Shown piece by piece: positions 11,170 through 23,995 of a DNA stretch of 64,000 nt. The stretch spans positions 28,086,001 through 28,150,000 of the forward strand of contig NC_043003.1 of the NCBI RefSeq assembly GCF_006345805.1, given 5' to 3'. A model generated the notes under the pieces. That model was not told the DNA's origin. It made no database searches and saw only the letters and a list, made by a program, of their open reading frames with translations. Within the stretch, counting starts at the first letter, position 1; each line of letters begins with the position of its first letter. The position numbers were made by a program, and so were the translations under genes. Origin of the DNA: Octopus sinensis. Lineage: Eukaryota.

Positions 11170-11910
11170 GCTCACTGCTCGAGAAACCTTACTCACAATC
11201 CGCTTGGAAAGTGGATCTTGATTGATCATTCATTTGGAGCAGGTAGTGTGTTCTGTTCTTGGGCAAAACACTTCATTTCACGTTGGTCCAGTTCACTCAG
11301 CTGGGAAAAACATGTATTCCTGTGACAGACCAGTGTCCCGTTCAGTGGGGACTATATATGCTAGAAAATCCAGGAAACTAGTCCTATGAGACTATATGAC
11401 TCTTGAAGGAGTTTTATCCTAATGATCATTCACTGAGTGTACCTGGTCACATGATGAAAATTATAACAGACTGCTGGTGTAAGTCACATCAAGGCACTAT
11501 AAAATTGCTACAGTGATATAAAGGAAGCAACTTGGTCAAAACTGACTTCAAGTAATTAGTGTAACTCCTGCTAACTTCTCTTTTAAGCATCTTTATGGTA
11601 TATACTATATATAACTATATGTTGATGCACATGGCCTTGTGGTTAGAGCAGTGGACTTGCGGTTGACAGATCACGGGTTCGAATCTCAGACCAGGTGATC
11701 TGTGTGTTTATGAGTGAAACACCTAAGCTCCACGTGGTTCCAGCAGAAGGTAATGGCGAACTTCTGTTGACTCTTTCACCACAACTTTCTCTCACTCTTT
11801 CTTCTTGCATCTTGTAGCTTACCTGCGTCTCATCCAGGTGGGGAATCTATACACCAAGGAAACCGGGAAACCGGCCCTTATGAGCTAGGCATGGCTTGAG
11901 AAGGAACAAA
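11170..11910 (+). mobile_element. Two SINEs sharing the family D head and central block but with different tails (about 11170-11400 and 11628-11910)
   Basis: tggttagagc/cttcatttcacg..ccagttcactcagctgg and ggaaaccgggaaaccggccc tails. Confidence 0.65.
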
Positions 11911-12084
11911 CATATATATAACTATATACATGCACACAGGTGCAGGTCTCCAAGGAATTAACTTTTTTGATTTTCCCTGACATTATTTTCCTTGTTAGAT
12001 GGTTGAAATGCTTGTCTTTGACAGCAACTAAAAATCACCTGAAACTCCTTGTTATAGAACATCATAGTCTGCTTCAGGATGTTG

Positions 12085-12740
12085 GTGTGTTAAAGTTCCC
12101 TTAACTTAGCAGTTTGACAAAAGAGACAGATTGAATAAGTACTAGGATTACAAAGAATAAGACCTGGAGTCGATTTCTTCGACTAAAAACATCGTTTAAA
12201 GTGGTGCTCCAGCATGGCCACAGTCAAATGACTGAAACTAGTAAAAGAATATATCAACACACAAAGACTGTGAATAGATATAGTGGAAGACACTTGGCCT
12301 AAGGTGCCATGAAGTAGGATTGAACCTGAAACCTTGCAAACTTCTTAACCACACAGTTACGCTGTGTGTGTGTGTGTGTGTGTGTACTCTTATCTTGACA
12401 TCATGTGATAGTTGTAAAGGGTGATCACCAACATGCAAGCAATATTGTTTGTTTCTAGAGTTTTGTTAAAAAACATGCCTCACATGATCACGTGACTGAC
12501 CAGGCTATCACATGTTGCACATCATTGGTCACAATGCACTTTTGCATTGTTTTAGCCTTCAAATAATGCCACCCTGCTGGCTAGGTGAGCAGGCCATCAT
12601 TCCCTCTGATCAAAGGGGGACTGGATCAATGTGAAATGAAGTTTTTTCTCAAGAACACAATGCACCACCCAGTCAGGGAATTGAACCCATGATCTAGCAA
12701 TTGTGATTGCAACAGCCTAAACACTAGGCCATGTGCCTTC
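12085..12740. mobile_element. Rearranged SINE B fragments (12085-12365) and a - strand SINE with D-like head (12470-12740)
   Basis: B 3' half on + abuts B 5' half on -; cttctcaagaacacaatgca..aggccatgtgcc reverse head. Confidence 0.6.
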
Positions 12741-12858
12741 ACAAATAAAAGGACATGTCTAGAAAATCATCTGCCTCAATGAGTTGTATCTGATCCAGTC
12801 AAGCATGAGAAAGTGAATATTAAAATGATGATACACACACACACACAAACATATATAT

Positions 12859-12897
<39 letters not shown>

Positions 12898-12899
12898 AA

Positions 12900-13800
12900 A
12901 AATATAAAATGGGACAAGAAAGCAAAACATCCAGACAGGTGATACAAAAGAGGGACAACAAAACATCCAGATAGACGATACAAAGAAAACAAGGACAGGT
13001 CATTCGGAGTTTTCTATCCTCAGTCAAGTTCCAGATTATCTTTGCAATTTCAGCTGGTTATACTCGAGATTGCTCCAATTTGGCCAGCCTCAAGGAAAAA
13101 CTAAGCTAAGGGCATTAGGTTCCTTGGAAGAAAGCAGCGAATGTATACGAAAACAAGGACGGAAAAAAAACGGAGAAGGTTACACAAATACAAATAACAG
13201 GACATAACAACAGGTGTCTTTCGACTAAGGACGAATTAATTTAAGCTAGCGTGTGTGGAAGTAAAGCCTTACGGCAGGGATACAAGATTTCACAGGCACA
13301 GGGAGGAATATAGATGTTGCACAGACAGCGGCTGAACCAAGAAAGAAAGGGCAGGCTTGGCCAAACACCAGTCATGTGGGGAGAGAAGAGAGAGAGGTAG
13401 AGGCAGAGGGACAGAAGGAATAAGGAAGGGCGAGAAAAAATGACAGGGACACATTGAAGTGAAAAGAGGAGGGAAAGTGAGCATGAAAAGAAGGCAATGA
13501 AGTGTGAGAGAGGGGGGGACAAAAGAACGAAGAGTGGAATGAACAAAGTAAGCATGAAAGGGCTGATAGAAAGAAGGAAAAAATAAACGAAGAGAGTCAT
13601 ACAAGATTTAGGTAAATATATACTTACATATAAGAGACCAAAGTGTATGTACAGTTCCTTTGGTTTGTGTCTATGTTTTCGTTTCTCATTGTGTTCGACG
13701 TCCCTTTAGTGTCCTGTACTCATATATGCGTGTATATGTACATGTAGAGGTAGGTACGTACATATATGTATATATATATATATGCATATGTTTTATTTCA
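12900..13800 (-). mobile_element. Interspersed repeat, putative Penelope-like 3' terminal region; related to 57080-57560
   Basis: Shares blocks ggtcattc, cttcagtc/cctcagtc, atttc.gctg.tta and ggccagcc.cag/aagg with 57135-57240; no ORF recognised, so the class is inferred. Confidence 0.4.
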
Positions 13801-13807
13801 TTTTAAT

Positions 13808-13838
<31 letters not shown>

Positions 13839-14030
13839 ATTCATATGTTTTATTTCATTTATTAATATATATATATATATATATTAAGATAGCTTAAACT
13901 GTGCTCTAAATGGAGATGTAGTCAAATCCTATTTTATGGACTCAACCATGTTCTAAAATAAGTCGAAAGGTAAGCTACTATAAATCGGCCCAAACTTTCC
14001 AGACAACCCAATACATGTATAAAATATTAC

Positions 14031-14069
<39 letters not shown>

Positions 14070-14933
14070 GGGCGTGGTCAGTGGTGTATGTTAGGCTGAT
14101 TTCTTGAAGGCAGTGTGGTGAAGAAAAAATTTAATATAGTTTATAAATGTGTAACAACATGTGAATAAGCAAACAAATGAATGTCGAGTTTGTATGTGTT
14201 TTAATGAATGCATACTGAAGAAAATAAACTTGAAGTAAAATGTAATGGGTGTACATTAGACACACTATCCTACAATATTCAATATTTCTATTTGTAAAAA
14301 AATACAAATAACAATAAATAAACTATGTATGTAAATGGAAATTAGAATTATGATTGATCAATATTTTGTTCAAATTTCTGCTTTCTGTCTTAAAAGGAGA
14401 AAACATATTTACCAAAAGAAAGAAAAACTAAAAAGAAAAACAATTTTGAATATTAAAAAAAAAAATTAAACATATGAAAAGATTTCAAAAGTTTTCATTT
14501 GCAAATCAGTTGGTTTTTTTTTTTTTCTTCTCTTTTTTAAAAAATATGGAACTATAGTTTTTGAATAACATTGAGATGTAGACTTGAAGGAGTTAGCATT
14601 GGTAGAATCAGTAGACTGATGGCAGGAAGCTGGCAGAATGGTTAGAGTGTTGGACATAAGGCTGGTTCTTTACATTCTGAGTTCAAATCCTGTTGCGATC
14701 AACTCTGTCTGCTCAACCTGGGGCGCACAAGAAACATATGGAGTTCTGTAGACAAGTACTTAATTGCAGAGTTTGCCTGCCAGGCACTCCATATGTATAT
14801 GGATGTTTTGCGTTCTTGTCCCATTTTGTATTTTATATATATGTGTGTGTGTGTATATATATATATATTGTTTCTTTGGCACTTTTGTTTCGACTTATGT
14901 TTGTTTTGACTCCTGTTTGTTTTGTTACGCCAG

Positions 14934-15047
14934 GTCTTAACTCCAGAGGAACTTGAACAAGCAAGGAAGTCCATTGCCTATGGCTGTATCAAGTATGCAG
15001 ATTTATCTAAAAACTGTACCCATGACTACGTTTTCTCTTTTGATCGG
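14934..15047 (+). CDS. RARS1: Arginyl-tRNA synthetase (cytoplasmic), internal exon (first exon seen in window)
   Basis: Acceptor ttacgccag, donor gtaagt; 114 nt phase 0-0 encoding [38 protein letters not shown], matching the ArgRS region ..[12 protein letters not shown]...DY.FSFD. Confidence 0.96.
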
Positions 15048-15494
15048 GTAAGTGAAATCATCATCATTGCCATCACCACCACCAACCTCCTCTTTTTGAC
15101 TTCTTCCTCCTCCTCATCATCATTAGTTACCATTGTCATCATCATCACCATCTTGTCTCCTTTCCTCCTCCTCATCATCATCAGCATCATCATCACCATT
15201 ATTACACATATAGACACTGTTGTCATATTAGTTGTAATTGAACAGGCCTATGATCAATGGTGTTCCAGATGTGACCAGCCCATGTATTTTGTTTTCAGGC
15301 TATGTATCCAGAGCTGTGTTATCCAGTCTCTTCCTTGTTTTCGGGCTGCAACATAGGATTTAAGATGTAATGGGGGAAGGATAACTGCATCTATTGTTTT
15401 ACTTGTTTCCAGTCATTGGACTGCAGCCATACTGGAGCACCACTATGACTTATTTTTAAAGTCTGGTACTTATTTTCTTGGTCCCTTTTAGAAG

Positions 15495-15812
15495 GCACAT
15501 GGCTCAACTGTTAGAGCATCGGGCTCACAAACATGATGTAGTGAGTTCAATTCCTTGACTGGGCTGTGTTGTCTTCTTGAGCCAGATACTTCATTTCACG
15601 TTGCTCCAGTTCATTCAGCTGTAGAAATGAGTTGCAACATCACTGTGCCAAGGTGTATTGGCCTTTGCCTTTCCCTTGGATAACATTGGTAGCATGGAGA
15701 GGCGAGGCAGGTGACTCTTGGTCTTCCATAAACAACATTGCCTGGACTTGTGCCTCAGAGGGTAACTTTCTAGGTGCAATCCCATGGTCATTCATGACCG
15801 AAAGGGGACTTT
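15495..15812 (+). mobile_element. SINE family D in RARS1 intron
   Basis: cacatggctcaactgttagagc..cacgttgctccagttc..catgaccgaaagggg. Confidence 0.88.
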
Positions 15813-16079
15813 TACACTCTTTTAGAATAAGTACTGGAGTTGATTTGTTTGAATAAAACCTTTAAGGTTTGCCCCAGCATGGTTACACAGTCGACTAACT
15901 GAAACAAGTATTTAAAAAAAAATGTGAAATAAGTTTGAGAAGCATGGGCTTAGAAAAAAAGGTGTTTTAGCATATTGGGAAATCCCAGAAGTTGTTGCAT
16001 CGGAAACCAAATCCTTTTCTGTATTTCCTTTCTGTTCCCCCAACATCAGTGTTGGTTCCATGAGTCACCTGACTGCTGG

Positions 16080-16690
16080 GGTTTATCTGTTATTTGTTTC
16101 AGCCAATTAGACAGTGGCCATGCCCATGCTGGGGCACTGCCTTGAAGGGTTTTAGTCGAACAGAACTTTTTTTTTGTAAGCCTGGTGCTTATTCTATCAG
16201 TCTCTTTTGCCAAACTGCTAAGTTATGAATATGTAAACACACCATCACTGGTTGTCAAGCGGTGGGTGGGGGTACAAGCACAGACAAAAAGACACACACT
16301 TGGACTTCTTTCAGTTTCTGTCTACCAAATCCTCTCACAAGGCTTTGGTTGGCCCAAGTCTATTGTAGAAGACACTTTCCCAAGGTGCCACACAGTGGGG
16401 CTGAACACGGAACCATATGGTTCTTTATAAAGAACAGTCTATCCAAGAGGCTTCTACATGGTTTCCATGTATCAAATTTTATTCAAGGCTTTGGCCAACC
16501 CCTGTAGAAAAGAACACAAAGGGCATTTCTCCAAGGTACCATGTACCCAATGTAAGATTTGAACCCAAAGCCATATTGATGTAAATCAAACTTCTTAACC
16601 ACATAGCCATGTAGTTAAGAAAACAATGATGGGATGGTCACGGTTGAACCCAGAACCATGTGGTTTGGGAAGCAAACTTCTTAGCATCAC
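16080..16690 (-). mobile_element. SINE family B copy plus stacked partial heads
   Basis: Reverse-complement B sequence at 16080-16420 and repeated head fragments to 16690. Confidence 0.75.
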
Positions 16691-17175
16691 AAAAAGAAAT
16701 ACTCAAACAACCCCAAAGGTGGGATGGTCATTGTTGGAACACTGTTGAACACTCAGCATTATTAACAGTTTCAGTGAGATTTATGTTTTAAAGCAACTAG
16801 CTTTATTATCATTGTTCCAATTAACTTTTTATGATAACGTAGTCTGAGATCGCCACTACAATTTCAACACATGCACACACACTGCTCTGACTACCAGCCA
16901 TGACCACCACTTACCACTTCCCCTGCCATCTAAGATTTCAAACGTTATTCAGGTTGTTATCCTGTGATTTATTATTTTCTTTCTTTCTTTCCTTCCTTCC
17001 TTCATTGCTTCCTATTTGCTTTCTTTTTCTTTTCTTATTAGTTAATTTTTAAGTAGCTGATTGTCTGTTAATCAGAAAGTGACCACACATGCACGTGCAC
17101 ACACATATACAGAGTTACACACATGTATACACTCTCATATATATACATTATATATATATACACACATACATACAT

Positions 17176-17214
<39 letters not shown>

Positions 17215-17348
17215 TATATTTATATATACACACACACACACACATACATATTCATGCAGACACACGCACACTTGTTTACATGCATACATATACCATTCAT
17301 TATTTGCAATGGTTTGTAAGTTCAGATTATTTAGCTGTATGTTTTTAG

Positions 17349-17394
<46 letters not shown>

Positions 17395-17404
17395 TTATTC
17401 TTTT

Positions 17405-18566
17405 ATTTTGTTTCAGTCATTTGACTGCAGCCAGTCGAACAAATTAACCCTAGGACTTATTCTTTGTAAACCTAGTACTTATTCTATCGGATCTCTTTTG
17501 CTGAACTGCTAAGTTACAGGGACGTAAACACACCAACATCAGTTGTCAAGCAATGGTGGCAGGACAAACACAGGCACACAAGCATACACACACACACATA
17601 AGATGGGCTTCTTTCAGTTTCTGTGTATCAAATCTTCTTACAAGGCTATAATAGAAGACACTTGCCCATGGTGCTATGCAGTGGGACTGAACCCGAAACC
17701 ATGTGTTTAGTAAGCAAGCTACTTACCACACAGCCACTCCTGTGCCTATATATATATATATATATATGTTTGTGTGTATGTATATAAAAAGAAGTTTGCC
17801 TCACATGGCTATGGGTTCAGTACCATTGCATGGCATCTTGAGCAAGTGTCTTCTACTATAGCCTTGAGCCAACCAAACCTTGTGACTGGATTTGGTTGAC
17901 CTGAATGAAGGGTGTTGTGTATATATATATACAAGTGTGTGTGAGTGTGTCTGTGTTTGTCTTCTACCACTGCTTAATAACTATCTTGGTGTGTTTACCT
18001 CACAGTAACTTAGCAGTTCAGCAAATCAAACTGATAGAATAAGTACTAGGCTTTAGAAGATGAGTACTGGGGTCAGTTTGTTCAACTACAATTCTTCTTC
18101 AACCGATGCTCCAGCATGGCCACAGTCTAATGACTGAAACAAAAGAGGTATCTCTTTGTGTGTGTGTGTGTGTGTGTGTATTATAGGCACATGCATAGCT
18201 ATGTGGTAAGAAACTTGCTTCCTGACCTCATGGTTCCAGGTTCAGTCCCACTTTGTGGTACCTTTGGCAAGTGTCTTCTACTATAGCCTCACATTGACCA
18301 AAGCCTTGTGGGTGGATTTGGTAGACAGAAACTGAAAGAAGCCCGTTGCATATACATGTGTGTGTGTCTGTGTTTGTCCCCCACCACTACTTGGCAACTG
18401 GTATTGGTGTGTTTATCTCCTCATAACTTAGCAGTTTGTCAAAAGAGACCAATAAATAAGTACCTGGATTAAAAAATATATAACTACTGAAGTCAATTCA
18501 TTCGCCTAAAAATTCCTTAAGGCAGTGTTCCAGTATGGCCACAGTCTAATGAGTGAAACAGGTAAA
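17405..18566. mobile_element. Three SINE family B copies: 17405-17745 (-), 17790-18146 (+), 18184-18566 (+)
   Basis: Alignable to the copy at 3768-4156 in the stated orientations. Confidence 0.88.
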
Positions 18567-18576
18567 ATATATATAC

Positions 18577-18780
18577 AGCGGGAGGGGGTTGCTGAAAAGT
18601 TTGTGGCTTTAATGGGTAACATGTAAAGCCTGGGTGCAACTCCAACTTTCTGAGTTCTTTTTACAAGGCTTAGAAAAATTGAAGGACTGCTGCAATAAAT
18701 GTGTGAACCTGAGAGGAGAATATGTCGAATAAAATTATAGTTAACTGATCCTCCTTTATTTTCTTTAGGCTAGAAAGCTA
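18577..18780 (+). mobile_element. Mariner-derived non-autonomous fragment
   Basis: Terminus gagggggttgctgaaaagttt and remnant FFLQGLEKLKDCCNKCVNLRGEYVE resembling a mariner transposase C-terminus. Confidence 0.55.
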
Positions 18781-19233
18781 GGATTGGATGAAAGAATCTT
18801 CACTGGCAGCTAATTGTTAGAGCAGTGAAAATGTATGAAAGATAAGAGATGAGTTTTAATTAACTGGAAAATTAAATTAATTATCATAAATTCCTGTGTT
18901 GTTGTTCATTTAACTGTTTTGAGATCACCACTAGTTCCATCATGTGAATACCTCATGTTTTGAAATGTTCCTCTTCCTTATTATCACCATTGTCATTGTC
19001 ATCATCGTCATCATCATCATCGTCATTTTCAATGTCTGCTTTTCCATGCTTGCATGGGTGTCAGACAAGTCAGGCAGACTTTTCTGTAGCTCAGATGATC
19101 TTCCTGGCACTCAACTCTGGGTGTGCAGTCCTCGATAGCAGAAACAGCTGTAAGCCAATGAAAGTGACTACATAACTTCTGTTCTTTTGTTATCCACACA
19201 CACGCGCATACACACACACTTATGAATTTATAT

Positions 19234-19278
<45 letters not shown>

Positions 19279-19390
19279 GCATACATACAAGTTCAAACTG
19301 TTACAGCCAGTGCTTCTGCTGATGCAGTGAACATGCTGTGACAGCCATGAGGTGTGTTGTAGTGCTGCTCATGCTGTTATAGTCAGCACT

Positions 19391-19625
19391 TCTTATTTCT
19401 TTATTGCCCACAAGGGGCTAAACATAGAGGGGACAAACAAGGATAGACAGAGGGATTAAGTCGATTACATCGACCCCAGTGTATAACTGGTACTTAATTT
19501 ATCGACCCCGAAAGGATGAAAGGTGAAGCTGACCTCGGCGGAATTTGAACTAAGAACATAAAGACAGACGAACTACTGCTAAGCATTTTGCCTGGCATGC
19601 TAATGTTTCTGCCCACTCACCGCCT
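19391..19625 (-). mobile_element. SINE family A (tail type 1)
   Basis: Reverse complement of the 342-756 family. Confidence 0.9.
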
Positions 19626-20052
19626 TCTTCGTGATGTTCATGCTGCTTCAGCCACTCATATATGACAGGCTTCTTTTCAGTTTCCATTTACCAAATTTAC
19701 TCAGAAGCAATGCTTTGTTTAGTCCAAGGCTATAGTAGAAAACACTTGCTCAAGGTGTCATGCAGTGCGACCGTGAACTTATCAAAAGCCACACAACCCT
19801 GTCTGAGTACTTCAGATTTGAATTAAAACCATCCAAAATAATTTTATGTAAGACGCCTTTCATTAAATTAATAAAGATATTGCCAAATGTTTCAGAGAAT
19901 TCTTCATGATTTCCAAAATTAATTAAACCACACATGTAGATTATTTCCTTTGAAATGACAGATTAAATGTTTAAATGCTTTTGGTTTTCTTTTCTTTTTT
20001 CCTATTTGCGTTCTCTTCGTTAATTAACGTCTCTTTGTCTCCCCGACGACAG

Positions 20053-20111
20053 ATGCTGGATGACCGTGGAAATACAGCTGCATATCTATTGTATGCCTAC
20101 ACCAGAATACG
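20053..20111 (+). CDS. RARS1: Arginyl-tRNA synthetase exon
   Basis: Acceptor gacgacag, donor gtaggt; 59 nt encoding MLDDRGNTAAYLLYAYTRI(R), the conserved GNTAxYLxYAxxRI motif; phase joins the previous and next exons. Confidence 0.96.
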
Positions 20112-20297
20112 GTAGGTTCTTTGGCCATCGCTCACCTTCCTAAAGCTATTCTTATCTGGTTCCAGTTGTAGCTAGCACAGTGTAGATTGTACTGAATGAC
20201 TGAAGATTTTGTCTAAATTTCCACAACTTTCTCTGTCTCTTACACTCTCTCTTTTTATCTCTCCTTCTTTCTCTATCTCTATCTGTCTGTCTGTCTG

Positions 20298-20382
<85 letters not shown>

Positions 20383-20799
20383 GTGTGTGTATATATATGT
20401 ATCTATTTGTGTATACATGTATATGTGTGTATGTATGTACATTTATGTGTGTGTGTCTATATGTATATATATATATGTGTGTGTGTATATGAATGTATAT
20501 ATGTATATGTATGTGTGTGTGTGTGTATATATATATATTGAGAGAGAGAGAGAGAAACAGAGAGGAAAGGATATATATATATATAGATATATATATATAT
20601 ATATATCCTTTCCTCTCTGTTTCTTTCTCTCTGATATTGTTTGTGCTTTAATGAATCAAGCTGTAAATGAGAATGAAATTTCCTGTTGTAATGATGATGA
20701 TGATGATGATGATGACTGCATTATTGCTGTTGCTCTAGTTGTTGTTTTTGTCTTACATATTACTGATGTATTGTTGCTATCGTTTCTTCTCTTGTTACT

Positions 20800-21380
20800 A
20801 CAACAGCCACTATTTCGGCTGTTGTGATGTTCATTCTGCTACAGCCAGCACTCCTGCTGTTGTGATATTCATGCTGTGAAAGCCATGAAGTGTGTTATTG
20901 TGATGTTCATTCTGCTTCAGCCATCATTTTTGCTGTTGTGATGGTGATACTGCTACAGCCACAACTTCTGCTGTTGTTATGTTTTTGCTGTGAAAGCCAT
21001 GAAGTGTGTTGTGATGTTCATGTTGCTATGGCCAGCACTACTGCTGTTGTAATGTTCATACTGTGAAAGCCTTGTGGTGTGTTGTAACATTTATACAGCT
21101 ACAGCCACCACTCCTGCTGTTGTGATGTTCATGCTGCTACAGTCACAACTCCTGCTGTTGTGATGTTCATTCTGTGAAAGCCTTTAGGTACTTTGTTGTT
21201 ATGTTTATGCTGCTACAGCCACTATTCCTGCTGTTGTGATGTTCATCCTCTGAAAGCCACAAAGTTTGTTGTTATTCATACTGTTACAACCACCACTCCT
21301 GCTGTTGTGATGCTCATGTTGCTACAGCTACTACTCCTGCTGTTGTGATGTTCAAGCTCTTACAACCATTATTTCTGCTG
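20800..21380 (+). repeat. Degenerate composite minisatellite, units of about 35-38 bp
   Basis: Recurrent tgctgctacagccacaactcctgctgttgtgatgttca and tgctgtgaaagccatgaagtgtgttgtgatgttca; related sequence at 19295-19390 and 19630-19657. Confidence 0.85.
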
Positions 21381-21599
21381 TTATGGTGTATACGTCTAAC
21401 CCATGCTAGCATGCAGAAATGGATGTTAAACAAAGACACTGATTACAACAATCCAGTATCTCTTCATTCTCATTCATTTTTTTATTGCATAATATGAAGT
21501 GAGGTTGACCTGGCTGTGATTTCTTGCAGGTTAAGATATCCTGTAGATGCACCTTCCTTGGTTTCTGCTTGTTATTGTTTAACTCCATCATCATCATTA

Positions 21600-22100
21600 T
21601 CACTTAATGTCTGGCATCCTTGCTGGTGTAGGTTGAAGAGTTTGACAGGAGCCAGTGCAACTTAAGAAGACTGCATTGTGCTCCACTGTCTGCCTTGATA
21701 TGATTTCTACAGCTGGATGTCCTTTCTAATGTCAACCACTTTACAAGGTGTGCTGGGTGCTTCGTTTGTGGCAGCAGCACTAATGAAGATGGCCTTGTAA
21801 CTTAAGATAAGAGGGCCATAAGAAAAAAAGGGATAATGCTGATTTGAAAAATTTGTTATTGTTTAGTGCTAGATCAATCCTAAACATCATCATCATCTGT
21901 CTGTTTTCCATGCTGGCATGGGTTGGACAGTTTGACAGGAGCTGGCAAATCAGAGGGCTGCACCAGACCACTGTCATCTGTTTTGGTATGGTTTCTATGG
22001 CTGGATGCCTTTCATAACACCAATCACTTTACAAGTGTACTTGGTGCTTCTATGTTATTCTGGCACAGGTGCTTTTTACGTGGTGCCTACATTGTTCCAA
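21600..22100 (-). mobile_element. Two family C repeats (RTE-like 3' terminus)
   Basis: catcat..ttccatgctggcatgggttggacag..ctacagctggatg(c/t)c..ccaaccact. Confidence 0.8.
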
Positions 22101-22806
22101 CATGAGTGTGGCCCCAGCATTGATTCAAAGTAATCCAACCATGGCACTCCTCTCTTTTGTTTGTTTGTTGTTTTCTTTGCTGGAAATGTCCGTGTATAAG
22201 ATTATGTTATTCCATGTAGCCTTCTTCTGTGTATTTTTCTTTTAATGTTTATTTTAAGATGGTAGGGATGTGAGAGATTTAGCTGCTATTTTTAGTTTGT
22301 TGAGTGACTGTATAGAGGCTTTTTTCTTGGTTTGTGATTTGAAAACTACCGCCATTACCATTATTACTACTATTGCCACTATCACTTGTACCGTTGTTGT
22401 TGCTTCTTCTACTACCACTAACACTACCACCACCACTCTTCTACTCCTACTACCACTTACAACACCACTAACACCATGACAATCATTATACTACTACCAC
22501 TACTACTATTACTACTACTACTACTACTACTACTAACATCACCACCACCACCAACGCTACCACCACTCCACCTGCTGCTAACACCACTGCCTCTACTACT
22601 GTTACTAATGCTATCATCACTATTACAACCACTACCATCACGACAGCTCTACTACTTGTACCATCACCACCACCACCACTCTACTACTACTACTACTAGT
22701 GCTGCTGCTGCTGCTACTTACAGTTAAGGTTGTCACAGGAAGGAACACTAAATCTATTTAACAAGTTTTCACTAATTTTCCTTTTGTCAAGAGGAGGTGT
22801 GTGTGT

Positions 22807-22864
<58 letters not shown>

Positions 22865-23624
22865 GTGTGTGTATGTGTGTTTATATATATATATATTTAT
22901 ATTTCTGGGTAGCTTCAAGGTGAAGAAATTTGTGTGTGTCTGTTGACATTTACTGAGTGTATGTGTGGGTGTATTTGTGGATGACTGTCAGGGTGAGGAA
23001 ATGTGTATATCTGTGTTTTCCATGTGTGTGCATGTGCATGAGTGCATGCGTGTGTGTGTGTGTGTGTGTGTGTGCTTGTTACCAATGCTATCTTAAGACG
23101 TGAGCATACTGGACAGTTCCTGGGTGGTGAGCACAGATTTAGCAAACAAAATACTGTGTGTATGTATGCGTGGATGTATGAATGGATGTATACATGACTG
23201 TGCTGTGGATGGTGCATAGACACACATACCACACATACACACCGCCCCACAGCACCTTATTGCCACATGCTTGGACTGGGAGGACTCTACTGTGGGTGAG
23301 ACAGGGCAGTGTCAGGGGATGGGGGCTATCTATTGTATGTGTGTATGTGTGCATGCGTGCACATTTGGAGTATATCTTATGTGTGTAGGTGTGTGTGTAC
23401 TGGGGTTGTTATATGTTTTCCTCTGCGTGTGTGTGTTTATGTATTGCAGTGTGTCTGTTATATGTCCAGTGTATGTATACATCGTGTGTCTGTGTGAGTG
23501 TGTGTTACTGTTTATGCAATTATACATTGTGTTTGAGAAATAATAAGCTTCACATACCCATACACATATACCCGTATACACACTTACATACATACATACA
23601 AATATATATATATATATATAAAGA

Positions 23625-23995
23625 AGCTTGCTTTCCAACTTTCCAACCACATAATTCCAGGTTCAGTCCCACCACTGTGTGGCATCTGGGGTAAGTGTCT
23701 TCTACTATAGCCTTGGGTCGACCAAAGCTGTGTGAGTGGATTTGGCAAATGGAAACTGAAAGAAGCCCGTTGTATCTGTGTGTGTGTGTATCTCCCCGTC
23801 ACTACTTGACAGCCGATGTTGGTGTGTTTATGCACCCATAACTTAGTGGTTCAGCAAAAGCAACCAATAGAATTAGTGCTAGGCTTACAAAGAATTAGTT
23901 CTGAGATTGATTTGTTCAACTAAAACCGTTCAAGCCGGTGCTCCAGCATGGCCACAGTCAAGTGACTGAAACAAGTAAAAGAATAAAAGAATAAA
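23625..23995 (+). mobile_element. SINE family B
   Basis: Full body ending gactgaaacaagtaaaagaataaaagaataa, about 150 bp upstream of the RARS1 exon. Confidence 0.88.

Noticed and set aside
14922-15356. 144 aa ORF as a stand-alone gene
   Set aside because: Only 38 codons are the RARS1 exon; the rest is intronic (CAT)n readthrough past the gtaagt donor.
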